Source: a virus (Duplodnaviria > Caudoviricetes). Taken from it: 44,546 nucleotides of DNA. Shown in pieces: positions 36,359 through 44,546 of the stretch. Position 1 is the first letter of the stretch. Each line of letters opens with the position of its first letter. Location of the stretch: IMG/VR virus record IMGVR_UViG_3300020138_000009, positions 1 through 44,546 of that record, one strand, 5' to 3'. The translations under genes and the position numbers were made by a program. The notes beneath the pieces were generated by a model that saw only the letters and a program-made list of their open reading frames with translations, did no database searches and was not told where the DNA came from.

Positions 36359-37251
36359 TGAGCACGGACACGAGCGACGCGCTCGCGGCGGCGTTGGACG
36401 CTGCGGTGGGGCCGGTGGTGCGGCAGGTGCCGTCGTCGCGGATGGCGGGACCTGCGCCGACGTTGCAGCGGGTGCTGCTGTCGGCGTTGCACGGGGACCC
36501 GGGCAACCCGCGTGACGAGGTCACGGAGGTGACGGAGCTCGCGGCGTCGATCGAGCAGGTCGGGCTGCTGCAGCCGATCATCGCGCGCCGTGATGGTGAC
36601 CGCCTGGTCGTGGTGTGTGGTCACCGGCGGCTCGCGGCGCTGCGGCGCCTGGGCTGGCGGGACGTGGACGTCGTGGTGCGTCGGGAGATGCCGGCGGACC
36701 AGGTGCTCGTCGCGATGCTGTCGGAGAACCAGCAGCGGGTGCTCCTCGATCCGATCGAGGAGGCCCGCGCGTACCAGCGCCTCAAGACGCAGCACGGTCT
36801 GACGGACGCGCAGATCGGGCAGCGGGTGGGTCGTCAGCAGTCGCACGTGTCGGGTCGTCTCGCGTTGCTGGCGTTGGACCCGGACGAGCAGGAGGAGGTC
36901 CGTGCCGGTCAGCGGACCCTGACCCGCGCGATCCAGAAGGGCCGCGTGAGGGCCGGGAAGGTCCGCAACCGGGCGAAGGGGTCGGGCTGGCACCTGTCCG
37001 ACGCGCACCGTCTCGCGTCGCGGGCCCGCGCCCGCTGCGTGAAGCTGCAGCACGCGCGTGGGGCACGCCTGGGGGACGTGGCGTGCGGTGCGTGCTGGGA
37101 GTCCGTGATCCGCGCGGACGAGAAGCAGGCCCTGCACGAGCACTCCGCGCGCCGCGGTGAGTGCGCCCTGTGCGGGCAGCCGTCGCCGGGTGGTGTGCGT
37201 GTCGCACCGGGTGCGCCGGTGGTCGTGTCGGACCAGGTGGTGACCGCGTGA
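36358..37251 (+). CDS. Second ParB/Spo0J-like protein with C-terminal Cys motifs
   Basis: NPR, ELAASI..VGLLQPI, GHRRLAA, EN.QR..L.PIEEA. Confidence 0.9.
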   Translation: MSTDTSDALAAALDAAVGPVVRQVPSSRMAGPAPTLQRVLLSALHGDPGNPRDEVTEVTELAASIEQVGLLQPIIARRDGDRLVVVCGHRRLAALRRLGWRDVDVVVRREMPADQVLVAMLSENQQRVLLDPIEEARAYQRLKTQHGLTDAQIGQRVGRQQSHVSGRLALLALDPDEQEEVRAGQRTLTRAIQKGRVRAGKVRNRAKGSGWHLSDAHRLASRARARCVKLQHARGARLGDVACGACWESVIRADEKQALHEHSARRGECALCGQPSPGGVRVAPGAPVVVSDQVVTA

Positions 37252-37625
37252 GCGTCCCGGCCCCGCAGACCCCGGCGCAGGCCATGGCGTACGTCGAGGA
37301 CCAGGTCCGCAAGCTCCGTGAGGAGGTCGTGCCGCTCGCCGAGTACGACCCGGTGATCGCGGGGCTCGTCGACCCGGCTCGGGGCCTGGCGGCGGGCTTG
37401 TCCGCGCTGATCGCCCGTACCCCCGGGGACGCGGCGATGGCGGGACACGTCCTGATCTCCGTGTCCGGTGACTTCGCCCGCGACGTGCAGACGATGCGTG
37501 ACACCGCGGTCGTGTCGCGGGAGGCAGCGAACGTCGCCGCCGCGCTCGTGAACATCCTCGGCCTGACCGGTCTGTTCCTGATCGACGACGCCCAGACGGC
37601 GCAGTACACGGAGGCGGGTCGATGA
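37248..37625 (+). CDS. Hypothetical protein
   Basis: Overlapping start/stop with neighbours. Confidence 0.6.
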   Translation: MSVPAPQTPAQAMAYVEDQVRKLREEVVPLAEYDPVIAGLVDPARGLAAGLSALIARTPGDAAMAGHVLISVSGDFARDVQTMRDTAVVSREAANVAAALVNILGLTGLFLIDDAQTAQYTEAGR

Positions 37626-38512
37626 CGTCGTTCACGATCTCCCGCGGGCAGTTCCGCGGCATGCTCCTCGCGACCGCCCCGCACGCCGGCCGTGAGACCG
37701 ACGACACCCCGATGCTCGGGCGCGTGCGCTTCGTCCCGACGGGCACCCACCTGCACGCCTGGTGCACGGACCTCATCACCGCGGCCGCGTACCGCGCCGA
37801 GATCCGCGACTTCGCCGACGCGGGCGTCGACACGTTCGACCTGCCGATCGGTGCAGTGCGTGCCGCGCTCGCGGTGTTCAAGGCTCCGGGTGGGCCGTTG
37901 CGGATGTCGTGGTGCGACGACGACATGCGCATCGAGGTCACCCGTGAGCACGTGACGTTCACGGAGGTCGGGGAGTTCGTCGACGGTCGCAAGCTCGCGG
38001 TCCAGCGGGTCGTCCCCGCGAACGACGCGGACCGCTACCCCGACGTCCCGCGCTACCTCGTCGACGCGCTCGAGGGTGTCCCGTCGACGGGTCAGGCGTA
38101 CCGCGTCCACGCCGAGCACCTGGCAAGGTTCGTCGCGATCGCCGGCTGGCAGGAGAAGCCGGTGCGCCTGCACGGCATGGACTCCCCCGACCAGGTCCTC
38201 GTGCGGTGCGGCGGCACCCTCCTCGGCTCCGTGCCCGCACTCCCCGGGAACGGCACGTGGAAGTCCGACGAGCACCAGCTCCTCTCGACGTGGCGTGGCG
38301 ACCTGGTGCCCCTGCGCCGCCCGGAGCGCATCGACGTCCCCGAGAGCGTCACCGACGCGCTGCGCGAGCAGGTCGCCGACATCTTCCGCGACAACGGCAT
38401 CACGGTCACGTCCACCACCGACCTCGACCGGCTCCGCGTCACGATCGACCTCGACGACCCCGACCTCGACACCGACCCCGCACCCGACGACGACGAGCAG
38501 GTCGACCCGTGA
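37622..38512 (+). CDS. DNA polymerase III beta-clamp-like protein
   Basis: A..D..P.L..V......L.A..TD, YPDV; resembles clamp domains II-III; acidic tail. Confidence 0.6.
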   Translation: MTSFTISRGQFRGMLLATAPHAGRETDDTPMLGRVRFVPTGTHLHAWCTDLITAAAYRAEIRDFADAGVDTFDLPIGAVRAALAVFKAPGGPLRMSWCDDDMRIEVTREHVTFTEVGEFVDGRKLAVQRVVPANDADRYPDVPRYLVDALEGVPSTGQAYRVHAEHLARFVAIAGWQEKPVRLHGMDSPDQVLVRCGGTLLGSVPALPGNGTWKSDEHQLLSTWRGDLVPLRRPERIDVPESVTDALREQVADIFRDNGITVTSTTDLDRLRVTIDLDDPDLDTDPAPDDDEQVDP

Positions 38513-38703
38513 CCCCGGGCACCCGCGTGCAGCTCGTCGTCGACGACCGCACCCGCACGGCCACCGTCACGACCTGCCCCGCATCCCGCACGACAGGCAC
38601 CACACGGGTCCACGTCCACGTCGACGGCGCGGACGGCTGGGGCATGGACGTCGACCCGTCGACCCTCACCGCGCTCGCGGCCGCGGGTGGTGGTGCGTCG
38701 TGA
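38509..38703 (+). CDS. Small hypothetical protein (SH3-like beta pattern)
   Basis: PGTRV...V.VDG; GTGA overlaps. Confidence 0.55.
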   Translation: MTPGTRVQLVVDDRTRTATVTTCPASRTTGTTRVHVHVDGADGWGMDVDPSTLTALAAAGGGAS

Positions 38704-39329
38704 CACCGGTGGATTTCGCGCACACGCGTGTCGCGCAGGAGAACCGCGAGGCGAAGGCCCGCCTCCTGGTGGAGACGTGCTGGCGGCTGGGTGCGTCACC
38801 GCTGGACCTCGAGGTCGGTGGTGGTGGCCGTCGCGCAGTGTGGCGGGAGGCCGGCCTGGACCGCTCGCCGTCGCCGGAGACGTGGGACCGGGTGCTGCAC
38901 CTCCTCACGTCGACGCCGCGCCCACCGCTGCAGCCCGACCCGGTCGCGGGTCCCGCGGCCGCGGCGACCGCACCGCACCTGCGCACGGCCGCCGGGTCGC
39001 GGACCGTCGAGCGCACGTGGCGACCGTGCAACGCCCCGGACTGTGACGCACCCACGCAGCTGTACGCGTCGGGCTGGTGGTGCGACCCGCACTCCCCGTG
39101 GGGCCGCCGCGGCCTGACGTCGTCCGACCCGAGCCGTGTCCCCGGGCAGCCGTGCGAGCTCGACCGCCTGCGCGCCGCCCGCGGGATCACCGCGTCGTCG
39201 TACCCGCCGCCGGCCGCGACGGTCATCGACGACCGCGCGATCGCGTCCGGCAAGCGCCGCTCCACCACCGCCGCGTACCAGGCCGTCAAGGCAGCCCAGG
39301 ACCACCACAACCGACGGAGAACCGCATGA
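38700..39329 (+). CDS. Hypothetical protein
   Basis: S.ETW, C...C...Y..GW.C..HSP, D.RAIASGKRRS. Confidence 0.65.
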   Translation: MTPVDFAHTRVAQENREAKARLLVETCWRLGASPLDLEVGGGGRRAVWREAGLDRSPSPETWDRVLHLLTSTPRPPLQPDPVAGPAAAATAPHLRTAAGSRTVERTWRPCNAPDCDAPTQLYASGWWCDPHSPWGRRGLTSSDPSRVPGQPCELDRLRAARGITASSYPPPAATVIDDRAIASGKRRSTTAAYQAVKAAQDHHNRRRTA

Positions 39330-39493
39330 GCGACATCGAGATGACCGAGCGGGAGCGGGAGCTCGCCGCGAAGGCGTGGGACGAGGGGTACTCGTACCTG
39401 TTCACCACTCAGCGTGACGCTGGGCTGAACGACGACGCCATCGTCGTGACCTCGCTGGACGACAACCCGTACCGACAGGAGGCGCGAGCATGA
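39326..39493 (+). CDS. Small hypothetical protein
   Basis: AWDEGY...NPYR phage motif; GGAG RBS. Confidence 0.65.
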   Translation: MSDIEMTERERELAAKAWDEGYSYLFTTQRDAGLNDDAIVVTSLDDNPYRQEARA

Positions 39494-39888
39494 CCGACAT
39501 CGACGTGAGCAAGATCGGGGACCGCCTGCACCTCGTGAACCTCCTGGTGTTCGCCTCCGACAACGGCGACGGCACGCACGAGGTCGGCCGTGGCGACGCG
39601 TCGCACTACGCCGACAAGATCATCGAGGCCGGATACGCCCGCGTCGGCTTCGCACTGGCAGACGTCGCCGCCGAGCGCAGCACGCACCACGAGCGCGGGT
39701 ACACCGCTGAGCACGACGACGAGCTGGGTGTGGACGGGGTCGTCAAGGAGGCAGTGCTCCGCGCCTGGGACGCTTCATTCCACACCGGCCCGGGCAGCGC
39801 TAGCCGTCGCGTCGGCCTCGTGAAGGCCGCGGCGCTGCTCCTCGCGGCGATCGACGCGTTCGACCGCACGGAGGCCGACTGTGGCTGA
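39490..39888 (+). CDS. Hypothetical protein
   Basis: DV.AER....GYT.EHDD, LVKAAALL.A.ID phage motif. Confidence 0.7.
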   Translation: MTDIDVSKIGDRLHLVNLLVFASDNGDGTHEVGRGDASHYADKIIEAGYARVGFALADVAAERSTHHERGYTAEHDDELGVDGVVKEAVLRAWDASFHTGPGSASRRVGLVKAAALLLAAIDAFDRTEADCG

Positions 39889-40582
39889 ACGGATCAGGTA
39901 CACAACGCGACCTCTGTCTGACCGCGCGTGGTTGCGCTCGGCCGCCCAGCGGCGAGGCTCGCAGTTCAAGGTGTCGTGGTCCGCGGCGCTCGACCTGCTC
40001 GGGCGCGAGCTCGCGATGATCGACGGCCGCGAGCTCGTCCTCGAGGTCGACGTGCGCGAGCAGGACTTGCGCCTCGACGGGACGCTCCGGGCGAACGCGC
40101 GCGCGGTCGGCGCTCCGGCCGTGGTCGTCGCGTTCGAGTCGAAGCACGGCCCGCTGCTGTACCGGTCCGACGCGTACGGCGCCGGATCGTGGGCCTCACC
40201 GATGGAGGTCTGGCAGCACAACGTCTACGCGGTCGCGCTGACGCTCGAGGCGCTGCGCGCGGTCGACCGGTACGGGGCTGCCCGCTCCGGTGAGCAGTAC
40301 CGCGGCTACCGGCAGATCGGCGGCGGGCCCAGCCCGGCGTGGACCGACGCGCGCGCATGGATGACCCTGATCCGCGCCGCGTACCCGCAGGCCGACGAGA
40401 CCTGGTGGGAGCGTGCCGCCGAGGCCTACGCGGCAGGCGTGCCGATGCCTGGTCTCGACTGCCCGACGCAGCTCCTGCGCCGTGCGCAGCGACTCACCCA
40501 CCCGGACACCGCGCACCCGGAGGCGATCGAGACGTTCGACGTCGTGCAGCTTGCGGCCGCACACCTGCGAGTGGGCCGATGA
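39881..40582 (+). CDS. Phage protein with C-terminal J-domain-like HPD
   Basis: WQHN..A.ALTLEALRAVDRYG...QY.GY; R.A.R.THPD...F. Confidence 0.7.
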   Translation: MAERIRYTTRPLSDRAWLRSAAQRRGSQFKVSWSAALDLLGRELAMIDGRELVLEVDVREQDLRLDGTLRANARAVGAPAVVVAFESKHGPLLYRSDAYGAGSWASPMEVWQHNVYAVALTLEALRAVDRYGAARSGEQYRGYRQIGGGPSPAWTDARAWMTLIRAAYPQADETWWERAAEAYAAGVPMPGLDCPTQLLRRAQRLTHPDTAHPEAIETFDVVQLAAAHLRVGR

Positions 40583-41037
40583 GCGACGACATCTCGTATC
40601 AGGCGTGGATCTGCCCGGTCTGCTTCGACGACCACATCAACCCGCAGTGGCTCACGGAGCACAACCGCGCGCTCACGGCGCGCGCCGCTGACGAGCTGCG
40701 GCGACTCAGCGCGTGGAAGGCCGAGGCGCTCGAGGTCCTGTCCGGGTGGGAGCCCGTGTGGCAGGCACTCGGCGAGCCCGGCGCCCTGGGTGAACCGAAG
40801 CCCGTGTCGGCGCTGGACGAGGTGACACGACTGCGGGCCGAGGTGGCTCGGTCACAGCAGCTGCGGCAGCGCATCGCGGACCTGACCGACGAGTGGGACG
40901 CCCTGGACCCGCAGACGTGGGACGTCCACTCGACCGGCGTGTCCGCCGCCTACGCCGCGCAGTACGCCATCGTCACGGACCTGCGGGTCGCGCTGGGCGA
41001 GACTCAGGCCGCGGACGGCGACGGGGCCGCATCGTGA
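40579..41037 (+). CDS. Hypothetical protein
   Basis: ATGA overlap; WKAEA..VL..W motif. Confidence 0.6.
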   Translation: MSDDISYQAWICPVCFDDHINPQWLTEHNRALTARAADELRRLSAWKAEALEVLSGWEPVWQALGEPGALGEPKPVSALDEVTRLRAEVARSQQLRQRIADLTDEWDALDPQTWDVHSTGVSAAYAAQYAIVTDLRVALGETQAADGDGAAS

Positions 41038-41393
41038 CGCCGCGGCGTGTGCAGATGTCCCGGCAGCGGCCGTGGCGGGACGAGCACCCGGACGCGGTGA
41101 TCGTCGCGCGGCCGTCGAAGTGGGGGAACCCGTACCGCGTCGGCTCCGCGCTCGTTGTGTTCGTCGACATCGAGCGGACGCAACGTGTCGAGTCGCTGAC
41201 GCCGGCGATGGCCGTGGCGCTCTACCGCCACCTCTGGCTCACCTCGTGGGCCGTCGGGGACCTCGCTGCTCCCCGCCCTCGCCCCGGGGACCTTGACGAG
41301 CTCCGCGGCCGCGACCTCGCGTGCTGGTGCCCGCTGGACCAGCCGTGCCACGCGGACGTGCTGCTCGAGATCGCGAACGGTGAGGCGTCGTGA
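41034..41393 (+). CDS. DUF4326-family protein
   Basis: RPSKWGNPY, LRGRDLACWCP...CHADVL. Confidence 0.88.
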   Translation: MTPRRVQMSRQRPWRDEHPDAVIVARPSKWGNPYRVGSALVVFVDIERTQRVESLTPAMAVALYRHLWLTSWAVGDLAAPRPRPGDLDELRGRDLACWCPLDQPCHADVLLEIANGEAS

Positions 41394-41767
41394 GCTTCGT
41401 GTCGATCTCGGCTCGGCAGCATCGTGCGCTGGTCGCGGCGCAGATGTCGGAGGCGACGCTGCAGGCGCAGGTGCTGGAGGCGGCGCGGCTGCTGGGGTGG
41501 CTGGTCTACCACACGCACGACTCGCGGCGCTCGCAGCCGGGCTTCCCGGACCTCGTCCTGGTCCACCCGGGCAAGCGCCGGGTCCTGTACCGGGAGCTGA
41601 AGACGCAGAAGGGCCGGATCCGCCCGCAGCAGCAGGTGTGGCTGGATGCGCTCGCGGCGGCGGGGCAGGACGCGGGGGTGTGGCGGCCGGCGGACTGGCT
41701 GGACGGCGGCGCGTACGACGAGCTCGCTGCCTGGCCTGGTGTGGAGGGAGGTGATGGCGATGGCTGA
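41390..41767 (+). CDS. VRR-NUC nuclease (resolvase-like)
   Basis: SE..LQ, HDSRRS..GFPDL, ELK...G....Q..W, VWRP.DW. Confidence 0.9.
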   Translation: MSFVSISARQHRALVAAQMSEATLQAQVLEAARLLGWLVYHTHDSRRSQPGFPDLVLVHPGKRRVLYRELKTQKGRIRPQQQVWLDALAAAGQDAGVWRPADWLDGGAYDELAAWPGVEGGDGDG

Positions 41768-41837
41768 GTCGACGCGCTGCGAGTCCTGCGGCGGATGGAT
41801 CAACCCGTACACCGGCGAGTGCCGGTGCTCCGACTGA
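41754..41837 (+). CDS. Tiny Cys-rich peptide
   Basis: GGAGG RBS; CESCGG.INP.TGECRC. Confidence 0.55.
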   Translation: MAMAESTRCESCGGWINPYTGECRCSD

Positions 41838-41855
41838 CTACCGAGAGGACGCCTG

Positions 41856-43109
41856 GTGCCGTTCTTCCAGGTCGATGACCACCTGCACGCAAACCGCAAG
41901 GCGCGTGCGCTGACGGGGCTGATGCTCAACGGCGACGACCGTGGTCTCGCCGCGTTGGGTGTGTGGACGCTGGCGGGCTCGACGTCGCAGGACGTCGGGA
42001 CCGATGGACTGGTGTCGCTGCAGTCGCTGATGTCGCTGCTCTATGACCGGGCCGCTGCGCTCGAGCTCGCCCACCTGCTGGTGGACGCTGGGCTCTGGCA
42101 CGCCCCGGGTCACGACTGCGACCGCTGCGACCCGGTCCCGGAGGTGGACCCGGTGACGGGCATGGCGCAGCCGTGCTGGCGTTTCCACGACTGGTGGCAG
42201 ATGCGGTACGACCAGGCGGCGGTGGTGCGGGAGACCCGCGCGAAGCGATCGGAGCTGCAGCGCCCGGAGATCGTGAACGCGGTGTGGCTGCGCGACTGCG
42301 TCGACCCGCTCGACCCGAAGCTGAAGAACCAGGCCCACTGCCGGTACTGCGCCCGCCTCGTGAAACGGTACGACCGCTCGTCGAAGGACGAGGCCGCGAA
42401 GCCGACGCTGGATCACGTCGACCCGACGAAGGCCAGCGGTGTGCGCAACCTCGTCGTCGCGTGCGGCGGATGCAACCGCACCAAGGGCCGCCGCACGCCC
42501 GTGGACGCGGGGATGACGCTCCTGCCCGCTCCGAGGGCTCTGACGCCCGCCCAGGAGGCCGCTGTGGCCGCTGACGCATCGCCGAGCACCCCGCTCGCCG
42601 CTGGTGCATCGCCCACGCCCTCCACGGCGCCGGTGTCGAACCCCGGGCAGCGCGACGAGCCGAAGCCGCGCGCGGAGCTACGCGCAGAGCTACCGCGAAA
42701 GCTGTGCTCAGAGCAGTGCTCGGAGCAGTGCTCAGAGCACAGCTCGAAGCCGACCGGAATCGTGTCCTCGGGCGCGCGCGCGGGTGCGCACGCGGGTACG
42801 CGCCCGGGTCAGGGTCAGGGACAGGGTGAGGGTGAGGGTCCGGGAGAGGGTCACCGGCCGGGGTCGGCGCCGCGCTCTCGGTCTCGGCGTAGGCGCCGCG
42901 GGAAGGGTGGCCCTCCTGCACGTCCTGACCCGATGCCGAGCCTGGACGCCGGCCCCGCACCTGAGCCTCCCCCGCCGCCTGGCCGGTACGGGTCCCCGTG
43001 GCACGGCTACCGGGGGCCGCGTGACCCGATGGGCGACGAGATGCACTGCCCGACCCACCACCTGCCCGAGCCCTGCCGCAAGTGCCCGACCGGAGGCGAC
43101 GACGCATGA
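41856..43109 (+). CDS. Replication initiator-like protein with HNH domain
   Basis: FQVDD..H...K, GVW..AGS, LVDAGLW, FHDW N-domain; CRYC...LDHVDP...NLVVAC..CN..KG. Confidence 0.75.
   Translation: MPFFQVDDHLHANRKARALTGLMLNGDDRGLAALGVWTLAGSTSQDVGTDGLVSLQSLMSLLYDRAAALELAHLLVDAGLWHAPGHDCDRCDPVPEVDPVTGMAQPCWRFHDWWQMRYDQAAVVRETRAKRSELQRPEIVNAVWLRDCVDPLDPKLKNQAHCRYCARLVKRYDRSSKDEAAKPTLDHVDPTKASGVRNLVVACGGCNRTKGRRTPVDAGMTLLPAPRALTPAQEAAVAADASPSTPLAAGASPTPSTAPVSNPGQRDEPKPRAELRAELPRKLCSEQCSEQCSEHSSKPTGIVSSGARAGAHAGTRPGQGQGQGEGEGPGEGHRPGSAPRSRSRRRRRGKGGPPARPDPMPSLDAGPAPEPPPPPGRYGSPWHGYRGPRDPMGDEMHCPTHHLPEPCRKCPTGGDDA
42670..42750 (+). repeat. 12-bp period iteron-like array (about 7 units), putative origin
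   Basis: gcgcggagctac/gcgcagagctac/.../gctcagagcagt/gctcggagcagt/gctcagagcaca. Confidence 0.7.
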
Positions 43110-43948
43110 CCATGACCCACGCCCAGCAGCGGACCGACGAGCTCGCGGCGTCGAGCCGTGTCGTCGACCGGATCAGGGCCCGGCTGCGTGAGCTCGTCGA
43201 GCCGCGCACGACGGCCGAGACGATGTGGGTCCGTGCTCACGCCGGCCCGTGCCCGACGCTCCCGGCCCCTGCCGCGGTCGACGTCGTGGAGCGGACCAGG
43301 CTCCTGACGCCGGAGCACCGCGGCATCCCGGTGTGCGTGCTGTGCGGGTTCGCGCTGCGGGAGGGTGACGGTCAGCGACTGGTGCCGCGGCCGCACGTCG
43401 TGGAGCACCCGCCGCTGCTCGAGCAGCTGCACGACGCGATCGCGGGGTCGACCGCTGGCACGTCATCCGGGGGTGGTGCGGTGTCGCGCCCGACGGCGAA
43501 CCTCGAGGCGCTCGACGCGTGGACGGCGGTCGACCAGGGCGTGCGCTTCTGGTGCTCGGTGGTCACGGACCGGCCCGCGGTCGGAGAGGTCGAGGTGCTC
43601 GTCGTCGACCTGATCGACCGGGCTACGACGCTCGACCGGGACGACGCGCGCCTCGTCGACCAGGACGTGCTTCGGTGGTGGGCGCGTGCTCGGGTCGTCA
43701 CGACGTGGGACACCCCGCCCCTCAAGCCGCACGTCCCGTGCATGAACTGCGACGTGCGCGGCAAGCTGCAGGTCCGCCTCGACCCGCTCGTCGCGGTCTG
43801 CCTCGGGTGCGGTGCGGCGTGGGACTCGGACACGATCGGGCTGCTCGGCGAGCACATCCGCATCGCGATGGGCGAGCAGATCCCCGACCCGCGTCCCGGC
43901 GACGCGCCGTCGATGCCGAGCGTGCGGTCGGACGTGTCGACCTGCTAG
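43106..43948 (+). CDS. Hypothetical protein with Zn-ribbons, possible late-gene regulator
   Basis: P.LL.QL..A, SRP...L.A.D, CxxC...CxxC...W; last early gene before the non-coding gap. Confidence 0.65.
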   Translation: MTMTHAQQRTDELAASSRVVDRIRARLRELVEPRTTAETMWVRAHAGPCPTLPAPAAVDVVERTRLLTPEHRGIPVCVLCGFALREGDGQRLVPRPHVVEHPPLLEQLHDAIAGSTAGTSSGGGAVSRPTANLEALDAWTAVDQGVRFWCSVVTDRPAVGEVEVLVVDLIDRATTLDRDDARLVDQDVLRWWARARVVTTWDTPPLKPHVPCMNCDVRGKLQVRLDPLVAVCLGCGAAWDSDTIGLLGEHIRIAMGEQIPDPRPGDAPSMPSVRSDVSTC

Positions 43949-44158
43949 CCTGCACCTCAGTGGGTTCGTCATGCCCACATGAGAGGCCCGGGCCGCAGCG
44001 GTTCGGGCCTTCGTGCTTCCCAGTGGGTGGGAATGCAGGTCGTCCGGTCGGGTGGGCCGGTGCTCTCGGACGTGGAATCGCGCGGTCGCGGTCCTCGTCG
44101 CTGCTGGCCTCGGTCGTGCGACCCGACTGGCGCCAGCACCACTTGACGGAGGTGTCGC

Positions 44159-44506
44159 GTGCCGACCGCTCCGCGCCGTCGATGCACAGGTTCGCCGACG
44201 TGCCCGGTGCTGCTGCCGGCAGGTGTCCGCTACTGCGAGGAGCACGCGGCGTTCTACGAGTCGCAGCGTGGCTCGCGTCAGCAGCGGGGCTACGCCGCGT
44301 CGCATGATGCGCGCCGCGCGGCGATCGTTCGCCGGATGAGGTCCGGCGAGACCGTGCGCTGCGCGTCGTGCGGCATCGAGCTCACGCCGGAGACGATGGA
44401 CCTGGGCCACACGGAGGACCGACGCCGGTACGTCGGACCGCAGTGTTGGCCGTGCAATCGGGGCGACGGTGGTCGCCGCGGCGCGGCCATGCGGAATCGG
44501 GCATAG
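44159..44506 (+). CDS. Terminase-associated HNH endonuclease
   Basis: MP.AP..C....C.....YC..H, RGY...H, C..CG, DLGH, C..CN; GGAGG RBS; right genome end. Confidence 0.85.
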   Translation: MPTAPRRRCTGSPTCPVLLPAGVRYCEEHAAFYESQRGSRQQRGYAASHDARRAAIVRRMRSGETVRCASCGIELTPETMDLGHTEDRRRYVGPQCWPCNRGDGGRRGAAMRNRA

Positions 44507-44507
44507 A

Positions 44508-44546
44508 CCCCCAGGGGGGTACCCCCTCGGGGCATCGCCGCAGTAC
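44508..44546. other. Probable cos/packaging end region
   Basis: Dyad CCCCAGGGGGGTACCCCCTCGGGG after the HNH; window ends between HNH and terminase genes. Confidence 0.55.

Noticed and set aside
33998-37992. 774-aa and 677-aa minus-strand ORFs
   Set aside because: Shadows of the ParB/WhiB genes, which have clear motifs on the plus strand
42670-42750. CRISPR-like array
   Set aside because: 12-bp tandem units without spacers, inside a CDS, no cas genes
44013-44339. 108-aa plus-strand ORF
   Set aside because: Overlaps the HNH out of frame, no RBS, and the region is dominated by hairpins

Overview
This window looks like a complete, unintegrated genome (~44.5 kb, very high GC) of a temperate actinobacterial siphophage. 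The host is inferred to be a non-mycolic-acid actinomycete because WhiB is present, lysin B is absent and there is an LAxTG sortase substrate. Gene order: PLD-like gene, two P27-type small-terminase-like genes, TerL, portal, head and tail genes (tail chaperone with a -1 frameshift, tape measure, minor tails, collagen fibre), then lysis. A leftward accessory cassette carrying a second tyrosine recombinase follows, then attP (3' half of tRNA-Lys(UUU) with arm repeats), integrase, ImmA and repressor. The rightward early region holds Cro, Xis, a sortase-anchored surface protein, two ParB-like proteins, WhiB, a beta-clamp-like protein, a J-domain-like protein, VRR-NUC and an initiator-HNH with internal iterons, and ends with a terminal HNH. 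The most unusual items are the phage-encoded LAATG cell-wall protein, the autoregulated cassette next to attP (extra recombinase plus two possible ART-fold proteins), and the PLD + double-TerS module with a structured, SD-sequestering leader. All calls come from motif recognition by eye; no database searches were run. Many start codons were re-assigned from the ORF track using RBS or stop/start overlaps.
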